This document shows, piece after piece, positions 32,833-44,956 of a stretch of DNA of 64,000 nucleotides (position 1 is its first letter; each line of letters opens with the position of its first letter). This DNA comes from Cyanidioschyzon merolae (taxonomy: Eukaryota), in assembly GCA_000091205.1 (NCBI GenBank), contig AP006499.2; one strand, 5' to 3'. Made by a program: the position numbers and the translations under genes. Below the pieces are notes generated by a model. The model saw only the letters and a list, made by a program, of their open reading frames with translations. It ran no database searches and was not told the origin of the DNA.

Positions 32833-34254
32833 TTGATAAGGCACTCTTGTGGCGACCGGCACTGGGTGCAATACAAACGCACGAGCGCTGCCACTCGGCG
32901 CCTTGTCTTCTGGTGCAGCAACCCGCCCGATCCTTGTTCGGCAGCGGCACAGCGCCGGTGGTGCAAACGAGGCGCTCATCGCATCCTATTCGGACTGGTG
33001 TGCGTGCTTCGATCCGTCATGAGTCAGGAAGCGTTGTTTCGTGACTTGCAGCTCATCCAGCGTCTCAATCATATGACGCCACTGTGGATTTTAGAAGACC
33101 CCAGCACCTTCACGTACGCGGGGTTTGTGCCTATCAAGACTGCGTCGCGGGAGAATCGCGCTTGCTTCTTGCGCGTACAGTGTCCAAAAGGACCCGCCGA
33201 CCTGTGTGACGCCTCATATGCGCTTGAAAGTTGGGCAGAAAACCTCATTTCATATTATGGCCTCGATGGCGCCCTGCGAAAGCGGTTAGAGCGAGCGCAC
33301 GACCTAGCAGAGTTCGTTGCTGAGGTCCAGGACCTGCTCGAGCGCTGCGCAGATGGGCGTGCAGCGGTTCCACGAACGCCGGTACCACCACCGGCACCTA
33401 CAGTGGCAGGTAGCACGTTGTTGGCGACGCTACCGGACCCTTTTTTCTACCGGAGACTGTGTACGGATCTGAAGCATATCGGATGGTCTTGCCTGCGGCA
33501 TCTGGCGATGGATTTTGAGTCTGTCACATTGCAGGCTATAGACACGGGCGGGCGCCTCCACGAGCTCCAGATCCTCGACCTCATGCGCGAGCAACCAACT
33601 TGCATAGCAGCGCTGCCATGGCGTCCAACGGCAATTTGCAGACCTGCATCCGAAGACGGACGCTTATTTATCTCGATCTATGAGACCTATCGTCGATTCC
33701 GCAGTATGCTCGATGAACTTGAGCCTTACTTCCGCGTACTGGATGACTTTGATGCGCACACCTGGGTTCTCGAGCCGGAGCATCCAACGTATGCGGTGTC
33801 GTCAAGGCGTCTGAACCTGGCGCCACAATGCTCACTAGTCGTGGAAATCGACCCAGCAGATCCATGCCGCCTCCCGAATGTTCGTTTCTTTGGTAGCGAA
33901 CAGCGGATCGAGGCCATGCGGAATCGTTTCTTTGAGCGCCGAGCACTCTGGGACTCGTCCGCGCGGACTCCGCGAGAGAACCTACAAGTCGTGCTCATGA
34001 TGGCCTTGCCGCCGCGTCCAGCGGATATGATGCAGAACGCAAAAGACAACGAGTGCGGTATTTGCTATACGTATGAGCTGGAGGGTGAGGGCATCCCCGA
34101 TTGGGCGTGCGATGCGGCATCATGCGGGCGACCGTATCACCGCAGCTGCCTGCGCACCTGGCTTGCAAGTATTCCGGAGACACGGCAGCTGTTCCAAATG
34201 TATCATGGCTCTTGTCCGTACTGTGGCGAACCGATTCAGGTGAGCAAGATCTGA
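32833..34254 (+). CDS. FANCL: E3 ubiquitin ligase FANCL (Fanconi anaemia core-complex ligase) homolog
   Basis: The C-terminal PHD/RING is CGICYTYELEGEGIPDWACDAASCGRPYHRSCLRTWLASIPETRQLFQMYHGSCPYCGEPIQV, against human CGICYAYQLDGTIPDQVCDNSQCGQPFHQICLYEWLRGLLTSRQSFNIIFGECPYCSKPI. The upstream ~300 aa has a length compatible with the ELF/DRWD domains. Confidence 0.8.
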   Translation: MIRHSCGDRHWVQYKRTSAATRRLVFWCSNPPDPCSAAAQRRWCKRGAHRILFGLVCVLRSVMSQEALFRDLQLIQRLNHMTPLWILEDPSTFTYAGFVPIKTASRENRACFLRVQCPKGPADLCDASYALESWAENLISYYGLDGALRKRLERAHDLAEFVAEVQDLLERCADGRAAVPRTPVPPPAPTVAGSTLLATLPDPFFYRRLCTDLKHIGWSCLRHLAMDFESVTLQAIDTGGRLHELQILDLMREQPTCIAALPWRPTAICRPASEDGRLFISIYETYRRFRSMLDELEPYFRVLDDFDAHTWVLEPEHPTYAVSSRRLNLAPQCSLVVEIDPADPCRLPNVRFFGSEQRIEAMRNRFFERRALWDSSARTPRENLQVVLMMALPPRPADMMQNAKDNECGICYTYELEGEGIPDWACDAASCGRPYHRSCLRTWLASIPETRQLFQMYHGSCPYCGEPIQVSKI

Positions 34255-35784
34255 ACGTATCGCTCAAGGACTGGGCGTAGACGTTAAAGCTGACGCATCG
34301 CCCTCGCCGATAGGCACCGATTTCTTCCACGAATCTGATCACAAGTTACGCTGATCATGCTGCATATGCGTTGCAAAGTGGATAAAGATGCGCATTCGAA
34401 CTGTGGCTTTGAAACGCTCTCAGCGACAAGCACGGGAGCGTCGTCAAGATCCCGCCATTCCAGACGCATTGCTGAACGAGCACTGAACATGCTGCATCGC
34501 GCCATACACGAATGCAATTCGTTCAGAGCACATGGCACGAATCACGAAGCGATTTTTCTCCGGATCAATCTAGCTGGGTAGCGAGATAAGGTGAGCACCT
34601 GATGAGACGCGACACACACGCTTGGAATAGGTGCGCTCGAAACTACACCGGTGTTGGGTGCCAACCGCGTCTGCAGGTCGCATCACAGTCGCTCGTCTGC
34701 CACGGACGTCCACGAAACCCCGACAAGTCTGGAACCTTCAAGCAAGTCTATGATCCGGTTCGGGTCCAGGATCCGTTCAACAAACTGCTGCTTGTAGCGG
34801 GGCGCCTATGATCCAGCATTCGAACCCGGATCCGATGAGGGCGGGCGCTTTCCACGCAGCCCGAAGACGCGGTTCATCACGGCATGCTCTTGGTAGCCGA
34901 GTTCGTGCATCCGTCGGCGAGCTGCTCGATAAATTGACGATCGTGCTGTATCCACATATCATGGTGGCTAGTGTGCTGCCAAGTAACGTGTTCAAGCGAT
35001 CACGCAGACTGTTCAGCTGTGATCATCGTCGAACGACGCTATTCCACGACAGACGGGATGCCTACCGGACGCATGTCATCCGCTGTGATGAACGTGGACG
35101 CAAACCGCGCGCGTTTGACAGCGTGTCTCTGAAGTGAACGGTGCTGTCCGGTTATCACAAAAAGTTCGACGTCTCGATCATCGTATTCAGGTCTCTGCAG
35201 AGAAGTCCGGGATTTGTGGATCCGTTGCACCACGAGGAGCTCGCTCATCATTGCGAGCGCCACGCGCCCGCGATGCTTTGTCCAACGCAAGATCGCTGGC
35301 GAGGAAACACTGCCGAAGAATCACAGCGTACTCGCTGCACGAGGGCCGTTACGGTCAGGTGCTGAGGACCCAGAAGCGCCCATGCGGAACGCAATAGAGC
35401 AAGGCAACTCCGCCAGGCTGCGCCTGGAAAGCGATGCGCTATCACCGACAATCGGGCGAAGTTTGCAGCTCGGTCCCCGAAACGTCTGAATGCGTCAACT
35501 GGCTAGACCAGCAGCTTGACCACGGAGCAAACGGAGCACCGCGGTTTGCTCGCGTTCGGATACCCCGTGACAAGCTCGTACATTCCAGACGCCAGAGCAC
35601 GACAGCAGGCAACAGGGCGTGCGGCGCAAGCGATGCGCTCAGCTTCACCGCGCTGTTCTCGATCGCTCGACTTGTGATCGACAGCCGACTACTTCCACAG
35701 GGAATGCCCATCATGACAGTGCCGCTGGTACGCTTCGTACACATGCGCAGGTTTCTCGTTCACAACGAATACCATAAACCGCGC

Positions 35785-36768
35785 TCACAACGCACTGCGC
35801 TCTGTCTCGAGTCTGAGCAGAACGCGCACCGGACGATGATCCGACAGATCATAGCGCTCAATATCCGGCCACTGATCCGCTTCCAATTCAGGCGGCAATA
35901 ACTGAGCACTTTGAAAGATCTTCTCCGAGGCCCAGTCCAAAAAAACATGATCGCAACAGATCTGCTTACCGTCGTGCGTCAGGTGCGTCACAGAGCGCTG
36001 AGGTAAGCGGCAGCGGACGTACATATTGGACTCCAGGTAGCGAAGAACGGGATCCTCAGCACCGAGGGTATTCCAGTCGCCACAGAGCACAACGACTCGA
36101 TGGCAAGGAGGAATCTCCTCACGAGCCTGTGCCGTCATATGATGCACAGTTCGAACCTGGTGCTTCCGCAGAGCGTTGTCCCAGATATGATGTGGATACG
36201 TCAGATGTACATTCAGGACAAGAAGATGCATATGCGGGGCCCACGTGGGTCGAAGGTGCACCAGCAGGCCGATACGGTCACCGAGTGGGGTCAAAGTGAA
36301 GCATCGCCACTTTTCTACATGAAAGTCTGTGCGCCGAAAAAATACCGCCAGACCGTCTCGTTTGCTACCAGGACGCTTCGCTTTGATCCAGCGAAAGGTC
36401 TCCGCGGGAAACCGCGTTTGAAAGATCTCCTCATACGCAGGTTCGAACAGGTACTCTTGGAGACAAATGATGTCTCCTATGAGTTTTGGTTGCTCACGAA
36501 TGCCATCCTCGCGCTGTTGGACTGTGCAAGTGCCGTCCGCGAGGAACGTGCACGTTCTTTCTGCTCTCTGCTGCCAGCGTTGCGGCTGCGACCACTCCGG
36601 GCTCCCTCCACTGCACCCGCTGTTCTGAGAACGCTCACAGAGCGCTGGCGGACGCACAGCGTAACACGGAGCCAGTAGATTGAAAGTAACGATACTGAAC
36701 TGTAGAGGTTTTGGGTGACCTCTCAGTGTAAAGGCGGCGTCATGCGCGTGCTGCTGTTGGCTCGCCAT
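35785..36768 (-). CDS. Endonuclease/exonuclease/phosphatase (EEP) family protein (CCR4/nocturnin/angel-like)
   Basis: The EEP motifs are IVTFNLLAP, DIICLQEY, LVLNVHLTYPH, VVLCGDWNT and SDHRPVRVLL. Confidence 0.7.
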   Translation of the reverse strand: MASQQQHAHDAAFTLRGHPKPLQFSIVTFNLLAPCYAVRPPALCERSQNSGCSGGSPEWSQPQRWQQRAERTCTFLADGTCTVQQREDGIREQPKLIGDIICLQEYLFEPAYEEIFQTRFPAETFRWIKAKRPGSKRDGLAVFFRRTDFHVEKWRCFTLTPLGDRIGLLVHLRPTWAPHMHLLVLNVHLTYPHHIWDNALRKHQVRTVHHMTAQAREEIPPCHRVVVLCGDWNTLGAEDPVLRYLESNMYVRCRLPQRSVTHLTHDGKQICCDHVFLDWASEKIFQSAQLLPPELEADQWPDIERYDLSDHRPVRVLLRLETERSAL

Positions 36769-36820
36769 TTCACTGGTTTGACGCGCCTTTCCAAAAAGCG
36801 TTTTTCAGGGCCAACACCTC

Positions 36821-36845
36821 AGCTGCTGCTGCTGCTGCTGCTGCA
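36821..36845. repeat. (GCT)8 microsatellite
   Basis: The run is agctgctgctgctgctgctgctgcag, just upstream of the EEP gene 5' end. Confidence 0.85.
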
Positions 36846-37253
36846 GAGATACTCGGTCAGCGCCAGCAGCGCCAGTATGTACTGTGGCTCGCACGTGCAG
36901 CAAAGGAAAAGTTTTGGCTTCACTGTAACCAGACAATACAACGACGCACATGGAATGGGAGATTCTAGCTGGGACCCTGTATGCCCCGGGCGCACGCTCG
37001 ACTTGAGCATTTGTCTCCAAGCAATGCTCGTAAGCGGGCAGTTGAACTCTATCGGAAACAGTAGAAAGCAGCAGTTTATAAAGTTCTCTATGCAGCGTCG
37101 GCAACGCGTCGAGACTATTCATGACACGAGAACTCCGCTGGAATCAACAGAAACCAGCTATTTCAAAAGTCCTCCGTACACACCCAAGATGCTGGTAGGC
37201 ATGCCCTCGTGCTTATCTTCCTCAGGAAAAGCGGTCCAGTGAATCGGACGGAG

Positions 37254-37277
37254 TCGCCGCCGCCGCCGCCGCCGCCT
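37254..37277. repeat. (GCC)7 microsatellite
   Basis: The run is cgccgccgccgccgccgccgcc. Confidence 0.85.
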
Positions 37278-38234
37278 CTACTCAGGCTAGACCATGAACG
37301 AAACCGAACAGCGATCGACCGCGGCATTATCCGCACACAGCGTCCACTACTGTATCACAAATAAAAATAGCAAAGGTCGACGACGAGCTTCGCGGTTCAC
37401 TGTATACTGTCGCTTTTCGAAGCGTCGCTTACATAGGCTCGTCTGCTCATGCGGAGGAGCGTCATTGCATGCGTGCTCGTGCTTGCACACAAGGCTGTGC
37501 CTGAGGCGTCGCTCGGCATGGATATCAAGTTCCATCCTTCGTCTCGATTAGTGTCCAGTCGAGCTGCATACTCTTTGTGACAACCAGTCTCCAGGTCGTT
37601 GTAGACGCCACATCGAACGGAGCGTCTATGATGAGGTGCTCGAGCAATCGAAGCAGCAACATCCGGTAGAAACGTAAAGCCTGCAGTTTTCCCACAATAT
37701 CGACGATAAACCTTCGCATTAGCGCTCTCCGACCGCACTCAGTGTCGCTCACGAAACTCGAGGATATCGTGCTGCTGAGAAACGAACGCTGTTCGCCTTG
37801 CTTGCCACCCTATCGCACTCAGAGAAAAACAGCACTGCACGAACACACAGTTGCAGCAGAGGAAAGGCTGGCGCCCTCGTCGAACTGTCCCTTTCGGAAA
37901 CGCTCACTTGTGCGCCTGCTCTTGGCGCATGTTACGCTCAAACCGGAGAACAGCCCTTCGGGTTTCCTCCAGCCAGAACTTGACGTTCGGTACTCGGTAC
38001 TGCTGAGCAACGTACATACCTGTACAGGTACCCATTAGGAATACAAAAGTTACCGTGGCAATTGACATTGCGCACAGTGGACGATTTGTACTGCAAAACG
38101 TGTGTCCAGGTGCGAAACGAAACACGAAACTGCGAACGAAAAAACGGACGGGAGTGTTCTGCGCCAGCGCCGCGCCGATCGTGAAGCCCTCCGTACACTC
38201 GCCGCGAATCGCAGGCTATGCTCCTGCCTGATGG

Positions 38235-39596
38235 GAATGAATCACGGAACTGCTCGATCTAATCATGTCTTGCGAATTTTTCCAAACTTGTATCGGTATG
38301 CAGCCTCGACTTTCCAAGTGCAGCGATACTAGTTTACGGGTTCATTTGTCGATTTTAGGATGATCGGTCGTGGTTTCGGTGTGGTGCATGCGACTATCTG
38401 GCGCTGGATCTCGCTAGGTGACTGGAATCAAGATCATTGGCGGCATTCGCGACTAAGGGCTCGTAACATAACCGACATGATCACAGCGTTCAGACGTGCA
38501 AGCCTCCAGGATTCTCCTTTTATTACGTGTTGTATACGCGAATCATAATCTTCATTCACGTTTCCGATCTTTCTGTTTCAAGGCAAGTTGGTTGTGCAGC
38601 AATGCGCTCCGCTGGATTGGCGATGAAGGGATCTCGACGTCGTCTCATTACGACTTGCAGAATATGTTATTTCAATCGCTCACTGGACTTGCAAACTCAA
38701 ATAAGCGATCCCTGGTCGAAAGACAAACACCCTAATCTTCGCGCCCGTCGACGAGACGGTATGCGGCACCAGCACCCTGATACCTCGCACGGGACAGGCT
38801 GCCAGAGGCTCCCGAGTCGCCTGTTCGCAAGCGCAGAAAAGCGCCCTGGACGCTGGGTTCAGTCGTCGCAGCGACCGCTGCCGGTGTAGCGCTCGTCACC
38901 GCTTTGCATGGAGTGAGCGTGCATCGCTCAATATACTTCGACTTGTCCTTCGAGCGGCGCTTTCCTTCGGGTAGTTGCTTCATCGTGGACAACATCGCGC
39001 TCCACGTACCGTCTACCGAGAGGAACAGCGTACGCTTCCATGTAAAACAGGCGGCGTGCTCCCCGAGAGGATCGCCCAGCACAAGCCCGTGATCGCTGCG
39101 TGCGACACTGGGCTCGGAAATGGAGCACGGCATCCAAGGCAGCCTTCTTCATTCGTCAAGGGCATGTACTGAGCGACGAGGCAAGCGTGCGCACGCCACT
39201 GGGTGCTTCTCCAGTGAGAACGTACGGCGTACGTGTGAGAGCACCTGATCACAGTTTCGTGTTACCGCTGCGAAGGACGCCACGAGTCTCTATGAAGACA
39301 AAATGAAAATCGCGAGCGAAGCAACGTTTCCAATTCCAGTCTGTGCATGGAATGCGTTGTCAACAGCGCGCAGCGACGGCTTCGGGGCCTGAACGCTGCC
39401 ATCACCATCGGTCGACTGCTGGCATCGAAGCAGGCGGGACACCAGAGACCAGCGTATATCAACATCTGATGCAAGAACTAGGAACAAGGACCCGTCGCAG
39501 AGGAGGCCCGCAAAGGCCGGTGTTGATGACGGGCGGAAGCGACGCTGACGTTCGATAGTACGTCCGAGTTGGAGGACCCGTTCCATGTTATTTTGC
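38235..39596 (+). repeat. 1.36-kb dispersed repeat, copy 1 (about 99% identical to copy 2 at 55328-56689, same orientation)
   Basis: The alignment holds a constant offset of 17,093 bp from start (cacggaactgctcgatctaatcatg) to end (gaggacccgttccat..ttattttgc), with about 10 substitutions. The supplied ORFs are duplicated pairwise: 38527..38889 with 55620..55982, 38732..39133(-) with 55825..56226(-), and 39290..39586(-) with 56383..56787(-). GC is about 45-50%. Confidence 0.9.
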
Positions 39597-39745
39597 TATC
39601 GGTTGAGTATCTCCGAATCGGTTCCCTATGAAGCAACGACGTGCCCGGCATTGGCGGGATCTGGAGCACCAGATGCGCGCACGACTTCACTGCGTCATCG
39701 TATCCTACATATGGCGCGCTGCGGTGACGTCGAGGGTTCGCTGCA

Positions 39746-40492
39746 ATGAACTCGCAGAAAACGATAGATGAAGAGGAACTGCGTATCCCCCGGGATGATC
39801 CAAGTGAGTGGATCAGTTCAGGGTCTGTAGAAAGGTCGACAGTGCTTTTTATCTGGAGTTCGGCGCCCGCGGAAACGCTGGCGGCTAGTCGCAGTGTTTA
39901 TCGTGCGCTTCAGGCGCAGAGGCAACTGCAGCCGGAGCTACGACTGCTCTGTTTCGATTTGCATGAACAAAGATCAAAGCTCTCTAAGGTTCTTGAGACA
40001 TACAAGGTTGGTGCGGTGCCAACTGTGCTCGCGTTCCCGGCGCACGCGCATCAACCCAGCGACCGTGTCGAGGGTGTCTACCCGGCACGCGTTGGCGCGC
40101 TGGTAGAACAGCTGGTTCACAACTCGGCTGCGGCGGATACGAAGACGGTGCGGCAGCGGGTTGAGAAGATGATTAGCGAGCACCCGATACTGCTTTTTAT
40201 GAAAGGAACGCCTGAGCGGCCTCGGTGTGGGTTTAGTCAACAGATCGTGCAGCTTCTTGTGGGGGATCTCAAACTGCCACGTGCCAGTCTTGCCACATTT
40301 GACGTACTAACTGACGAGCAGGTCCGTCAAGAGGTGAAAGCATACAGTCAGTGGCCGACATTTCCCCAACTTTACGTACGAGGTGAGCTCATTGGCGGCC
40401 TTGATGTCTGCCGCGAAATGGCACAATCTGGCGAACTCGCGGCATTACTGGCATCCGCGACGCGCGATGAACACGGAACAACTGGTCCTTGA
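39746..40492 (+). CDS. Monothiol glutaredoxin with an N-terminal thioredoxin-like domain (Grx3/PICOT-type)
   Basis: The Grx domain is ISEHPILLFMKGTPERPRCGFSQQIVQLL ... WPTFPQLYVRGELIGGLD, with a CGFS active site. It is preceded by a Trx-like domain (VLFIWSSAPAET...). Confidence 0.8.
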   Translation: MNSQKTIDEEELRIPRDDPSEWISSGSVERSTVLFIWSSAPAETLAASRSVYRALQAQRQLQPELRLLCFDLHEQRSKLSKVLETYKVGAVPTVLAFPAHAHQPSDRVEGVYPARVGALVEQLVHNSAAADTKTVRQRVEKMISEHPILLFMKGTPERPRCGFSQQIVQLLVGDLKLPRASLATFDVLTDEQVRQEVKAYSQWPTFPQLYVRGELIGGLDVCREMAQSGELAALLASATRDEHGTTGP

Positions 40493-41931
40493 GGTTAGCG
40501 CTGCAGACAACGATTGTTTCAGCTATGGTTAGTATGGGCAGGGTTGCGCGTATGGTGACTCTGCGGACGAGTGCAGAGAAAGCGGACCTGAGTCCAAGAT
40601 TCCCGGACTCTGTGCACGAACGAAGCCAAAACCTTCGCGGAGCGGCCTCACTGGTGGACACTCGTGAACCGCATATTTTCTGAATCTTTTGACGGTATTG
40701 ACCACCTGGAAGATGACCGGCATCGCGTGAATCGATGCGCAGGATTCCATAGTATTTTTCCAGATAGAATACTGGGGCACGCAGATTCATACAGCTGGCA
40801 TCTCATGCAGCGTGCCTTAGGGTGATGTCGTGCAGTGCTACAAATTCCGAGTGCGTGCTGCGGAGATCTTCGTAAGCTGAAAGAGGCAACGCGATTTTGC
40901 TGGAACAGGGGTTCCATGGAAAATCGAGATATCGAGCACCTGCCCTGCCGATGATGGCACTGGCCCGCCTTGACGTGTTCTTGGAACACTGCGACGCCAT
41001 TTGATCAGGATTGCGTAAAGAACACGCTGGAGCTCTGAACCGCACTGATCGCTGCTGAAATATCGCCCTGGATTCTGGGTCTGTGGTTTCGGCCAGAACG
41101 ATCGTCGATGGAAAATTTTCCTCGTGATACTACCCCAGAAGCAGTCTTAAATGCAGAACCCTGATGCCTGGGCTAACTGTACAAGCGCGCCTTTCATTTT
41201 TGTTCCTTCGTCCCGCTCGTATTCAACGAATGGAGTCTATTCCGTGGACCGAAGAGAGATGGTGGGAAATTTTATACTATCATAACGTACTTGCGAAGAA
41301 TGGCATTCACTCTACAAGTCACTCATTCCGCGATCATCAGTGGGTTATTGAGCAAAGCTGCTCGTCGTCCTTGTTCTCGTCGTCGTGCTCTTATCACGGA
41401 TTCTGTTCTACTCTGTGCCCATCGTCACCTACTCGTCAATCTTTTTAACTCGATATGTTTTCTTAAAAATAGCATAACAGAATCCATGGGATGTGAAGTG
41501 TCCACACCGTTGATATGAACCGCGATGAACGTACATGAATGGACAAAGAAGTACGCACACTGTCATAGGAGACCGTCACGCAGTGAACTACTCAATATCC
41601 ATCTAGTATTAGAACGCGAATGCGTATCCCAGGAGGCAGGCGGCATCGTTTCGCTCGAGGAGACCTCGTTCAGGGGAAACGGTAGCGCCGCACAGTGGTA
41701 CGCAAAGAGGGGCAAACCGCTGTTTGTAAAACAGGTACTCTCGAGCACTCCAACAACATTAGCCCTTGCGGATTTTCAATCGTAGAGTTACGACGAAATC
41801 GCCAAATGAGCAAGATCGTTCAGCACCACTCCATTAACTGAAGCACGCTTCATGGTGCCTGCTTCTCAAAGTCTTCTCGCTGCCCGTATGACACTGCCGC
41901 TTTCCAACACTCGAAAGCAGCCAGGGAGTGC

Positions 41932-43453
41932 GTGGCTCAGATCGACATTGACAAGCACTTCGTGCCAGCGTATTCTGCCTGGTTCAATACAAACCAATGT
42001 ATCTTCTCTGTTGTCATACGCCATTTTGATGTTCTAAGACGCATGGACGAATCGTTTGCAACCGTGGCGTCGCTCGTCATCAAGTCGTTGTGTACCTTTG
42101 CCAGCCGTGAACTACGGTGCTGCCCCTGTGCTCTTGCGGGGCAGCAATCGAAAAGATTTGCCTCGGTCAGTGGATATATGCTGGTGACGGCGACGGTGAC
42201 GAGCTTGTAGTTAAGGCGTAGTGGATATACAAAGACGAACGGAGAGCTTCGGTGATGCTGCCAAACTAGTACTTCTGAATTCCGCGAAGAAATCAGGTAT
42301 AGAGCATGTCGATTACATGCGTGTCGCCCCGGCACGTAGAGGAAGCAGGTTACTATTGCACTAGTCTCCGCGAGCAACAAGGAAGCGTTCTCACGACCTC
42401 GCGCAGAGCGCTGGCAGAGCTTGATGAAGATTTCTCGCTTAGAGGGAGGAAGTGGGAAGGGTTTTTAAAGAATGATAGAGGGCAACAGAGTATCGAGCTG
42501 CAAAGCCTTTGTCAAAAATTGGCATGTGTCGCGCGACGAGACTCATGTTCAGGTGTTCAGGATAGATGAAGAGCAAGACTTTATGATCAGTGTGGATCCC
42601 GGATTCAACAACTTAATCGCTGTAGCTGTCCCTCTACATCCAGAGGACAGAGCTGAAAATCTGAACGGCGTGAAGTTGTACCAGATCAACTTTTCCAGGC
42701 CTGGGTACCAACAAGAGTCGGGTATGGCAGACTCAAGGCGGCATACCAACAACTTGAATGATTGTGTCAGGACTGGTCTCGACGCTGTGTGCACCGTGTC
42801 GTGCAGCGTGCGCTGCTTTGCACGCTTCATTTAGAGAGTACATCAGCGTAAAAGTGGCTCGTGCGGACGATCTTTGGCTGGAGTATGCGACTTCGTGCTA
42901 TGACCGCCAATGGATTGGGGTTTACTGAGGCAGGGAACGTGCGTCCGCCAACGTCTTCAATGAGTTGGACAAAGAAATGACCGATACGTATTATCGTTTG
43001 GCGTCAGCCTATCACGCAAGACGTGCTGAGGCGCGAAAGGAGTGCATCTCTGATCCTTTGATGAGCGCGTTCAACGAGTGCACGAATCGATGCTGCACGA
43101 CTCGCGTCGATGAGTTCAGGACTGCATTCATGCATCAGGGGCGCGGCCGCACATTGGAGTAGGCAGAGAAGGGGCGCGTGAAGAAGAGACGGACGCACGA
43201 GGTGGTATGCGGTAAGCTGATCGAACGTCAGGTGACGAGGGAATCAAAATTGAGAGGCTTCCCATGTCGTACTTCCACCGGCAAGCATGCGCGCAGGCAC
43301 TCTCTGCACCAAAGCTTGAAAGCCTCGATCAACCTGCGAAATTGTTCCGTGCTTCCGGAGCGCCCAGCGCCTTTGTGTCGAGCAGATAATCGAGGGAATC
43401 GTTTATTGGTGAGGTCGGGGATTTTGCTGACACACACGGAATACTTTCGATAA
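41932..43453 (+). pseudogene. Decayed TnpB/Fanzor-like (RuvC-fold, OMEGA-family) ORF remnant, copy B, in an AT-rich gene-free island (about 40.5-43.9 kb)
   Basis: The ORF chain is on the plus strand and interrupted by stops and frameshifts. 
- ORF 42472..42834 carries the RuvC-I-like motif RIDEEQDFMISVDPGFNNLIAVAVP (canonical hhGIDLGxxNLAxxA). 
- ORF 43178..43453 carries VVCGKL...FPCRTSTGKHARRHSLHQSLKASINLRN, which is Cys-containing with an NAAxNI-like tail. 
- The RuvC-I to RuvC-III spacing is about 265 aa. 
- Region B is homologous at protein level to copy A around RuvC-I. Confidence 0.35.
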
Positions 43454-43931
43454 AAACAGTCAATGGCTACGAGACGTGTCATTGGATTCCCGCCTGTGGC
43501 AAAGCACAAATGCAGCACAGTACGGTACGGTCAGCGGTCCATCAGGCTTGGAGTGCCGTCTAAATGCATGAGTATGGACCGGAAACGCTTTTCCTGGGCT
43601 ATCGGAGAACGTGAACGGTGTTCCATTATTCGATATTACAGAGTAAAGCACCATGCCAATCCACAGGCTATCTAATGAGTGAATTCATTATGCGACGCTG
43701 GTCAACTGGAAAGCAGCCCGCAAAGTCCGCCTCTGGTGCGAGGAGCCGTCAATTCAGACACAGAGCACTCGATTCAAAAATCTGGCAAAACTTTTTTCGG
43801 AACGATCCATCCACGAAAGATTGCTCGGAGCATGCAGCTTGTTGGCAATCGTCCTTCGCAGGAATCGGGGAAGCAGCGGCTGCATCCGGCAAATGCATTG
43901 CTACTGATTCGTTCCGAATCGCGCTTGACCT

Positions 43932-44852
43932 CTATCGATTCGCTTGGTACGTATGCCGCATTTGCTTCGTCTCCGGCGCTTGGAGATCTTGTGCGGAGGG
44001 AGAGCGTTTCAATCCTCTGGCAAAAGCACTTCGGATATCAAGGCCGGGTTTTTTTCCGGGCTCATCGCGTCGAGGCTCTATCAATGACGGACCTTCGTTC
44101 TTGACGGAAGACACTGTATTCGATACAGGGTGCCAAACGATTTGCTCAGTCGGCTGCAGACAACGATGCACCGCCACACGAGCAGGCACCTGCTCAACGT
44201 CGAGCCATGCCTGGAGCTGATCCTCGGTTTCCAAAAGTGCCGGCATGCGGTTATGCATCCACTGAATTTTGTCGCTGGCTGCGACAGTAAAAATCGCAAA
44301 TCGATTCATCTCTGTCTCCTCAACGAACAAGGCGGCCATAAACAACGGTCGGTCGATCATGTCGTGCGCGTTCCGAGGCGCCAAGTGGTCCTTGCTCTCT
44401 CTCTTTGTAACACCGTGATAGATAAAATAGGGTATTCGGGATGCTTTCGTCATTGTTTTGATTTTACCCACGTCCTGTTGCTCACCAGGGGCATCTGCAG
44501 CGCTCCACTCGTAAAACCCGTTCGCAATAACCACAGCGCGCTGACCTGCATCTAACGCTGACCGGAAGCTCGCCTTTTCAAGAGCAGTCTCCGCCCGCAC
44601 GTTGATGACGATTGGAGGGCTCTCACCCTTACCAAAAGTTCGCCCACGAATCGGAAACGCCCAGCGCATTGGTTGCAGAACACGCTCGCCTGAAACAGTG
44701 CGCAGCAGTGGTACCGTTTGCTGCGGAGCTACATTGTAGCGCGGCTGGTAGTGGTAGCGCTTTTCCTGGTCCTTCGCGTCAGCCCAGCGAGTTGTTCCAG
44801 CAACTCGTTCAAGCTGTTCTCGAGAGTAGTACAGCGCGAAGCGTCCGCACAT
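43932..44852 (-). CDS. HMCES: SRAP-domain protein (HMCES/YedK family abasic-site DNA-protein crosslink sensor)
   Basis: The protein starts MCGRFALYYS, giving the catalytic Cys2. RYNVAPQQTVPLL and the rest of a SRAP-domain-length sequence are present. Confidence 0.8.
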   Translation of the reverse strand: MCGRFALYYSREQLERVAGTTRWADAKDQEKRYHYQPRYNVAPQQTVPLLRTVSGERVLQPMRWAFPIRGRTFGKGESPPIVINVRAETALEKASFRSALDAGQRAVVIANGFYEWSAADAPGEQQDVGKIKTMTKASRIPYFIYHGVTKRESKDHLAPRNAHDMIDRPLFMAALFVEETEMNRFAIFTVAASDKIQWMHNRMPALLETEDQLQAWLDVEQVPARVAVHRCLQPTEQIVWHPVSNTVSSVKNEGPSLIEPRRDEPGKKPGLDIRSAFARGLKRSPSAQDLQAPETKQMRHTYQANR

Positions 44853-44956
44853 GCACGCGAGCAGCGCTTTTTAAAAGCACTGCGAAGCAAGGCGCCTCCA
44901 GCACACGCCTAGGCACGAACGGAGACAGCGTCGCGGAGATACGCGCATCACACGGC

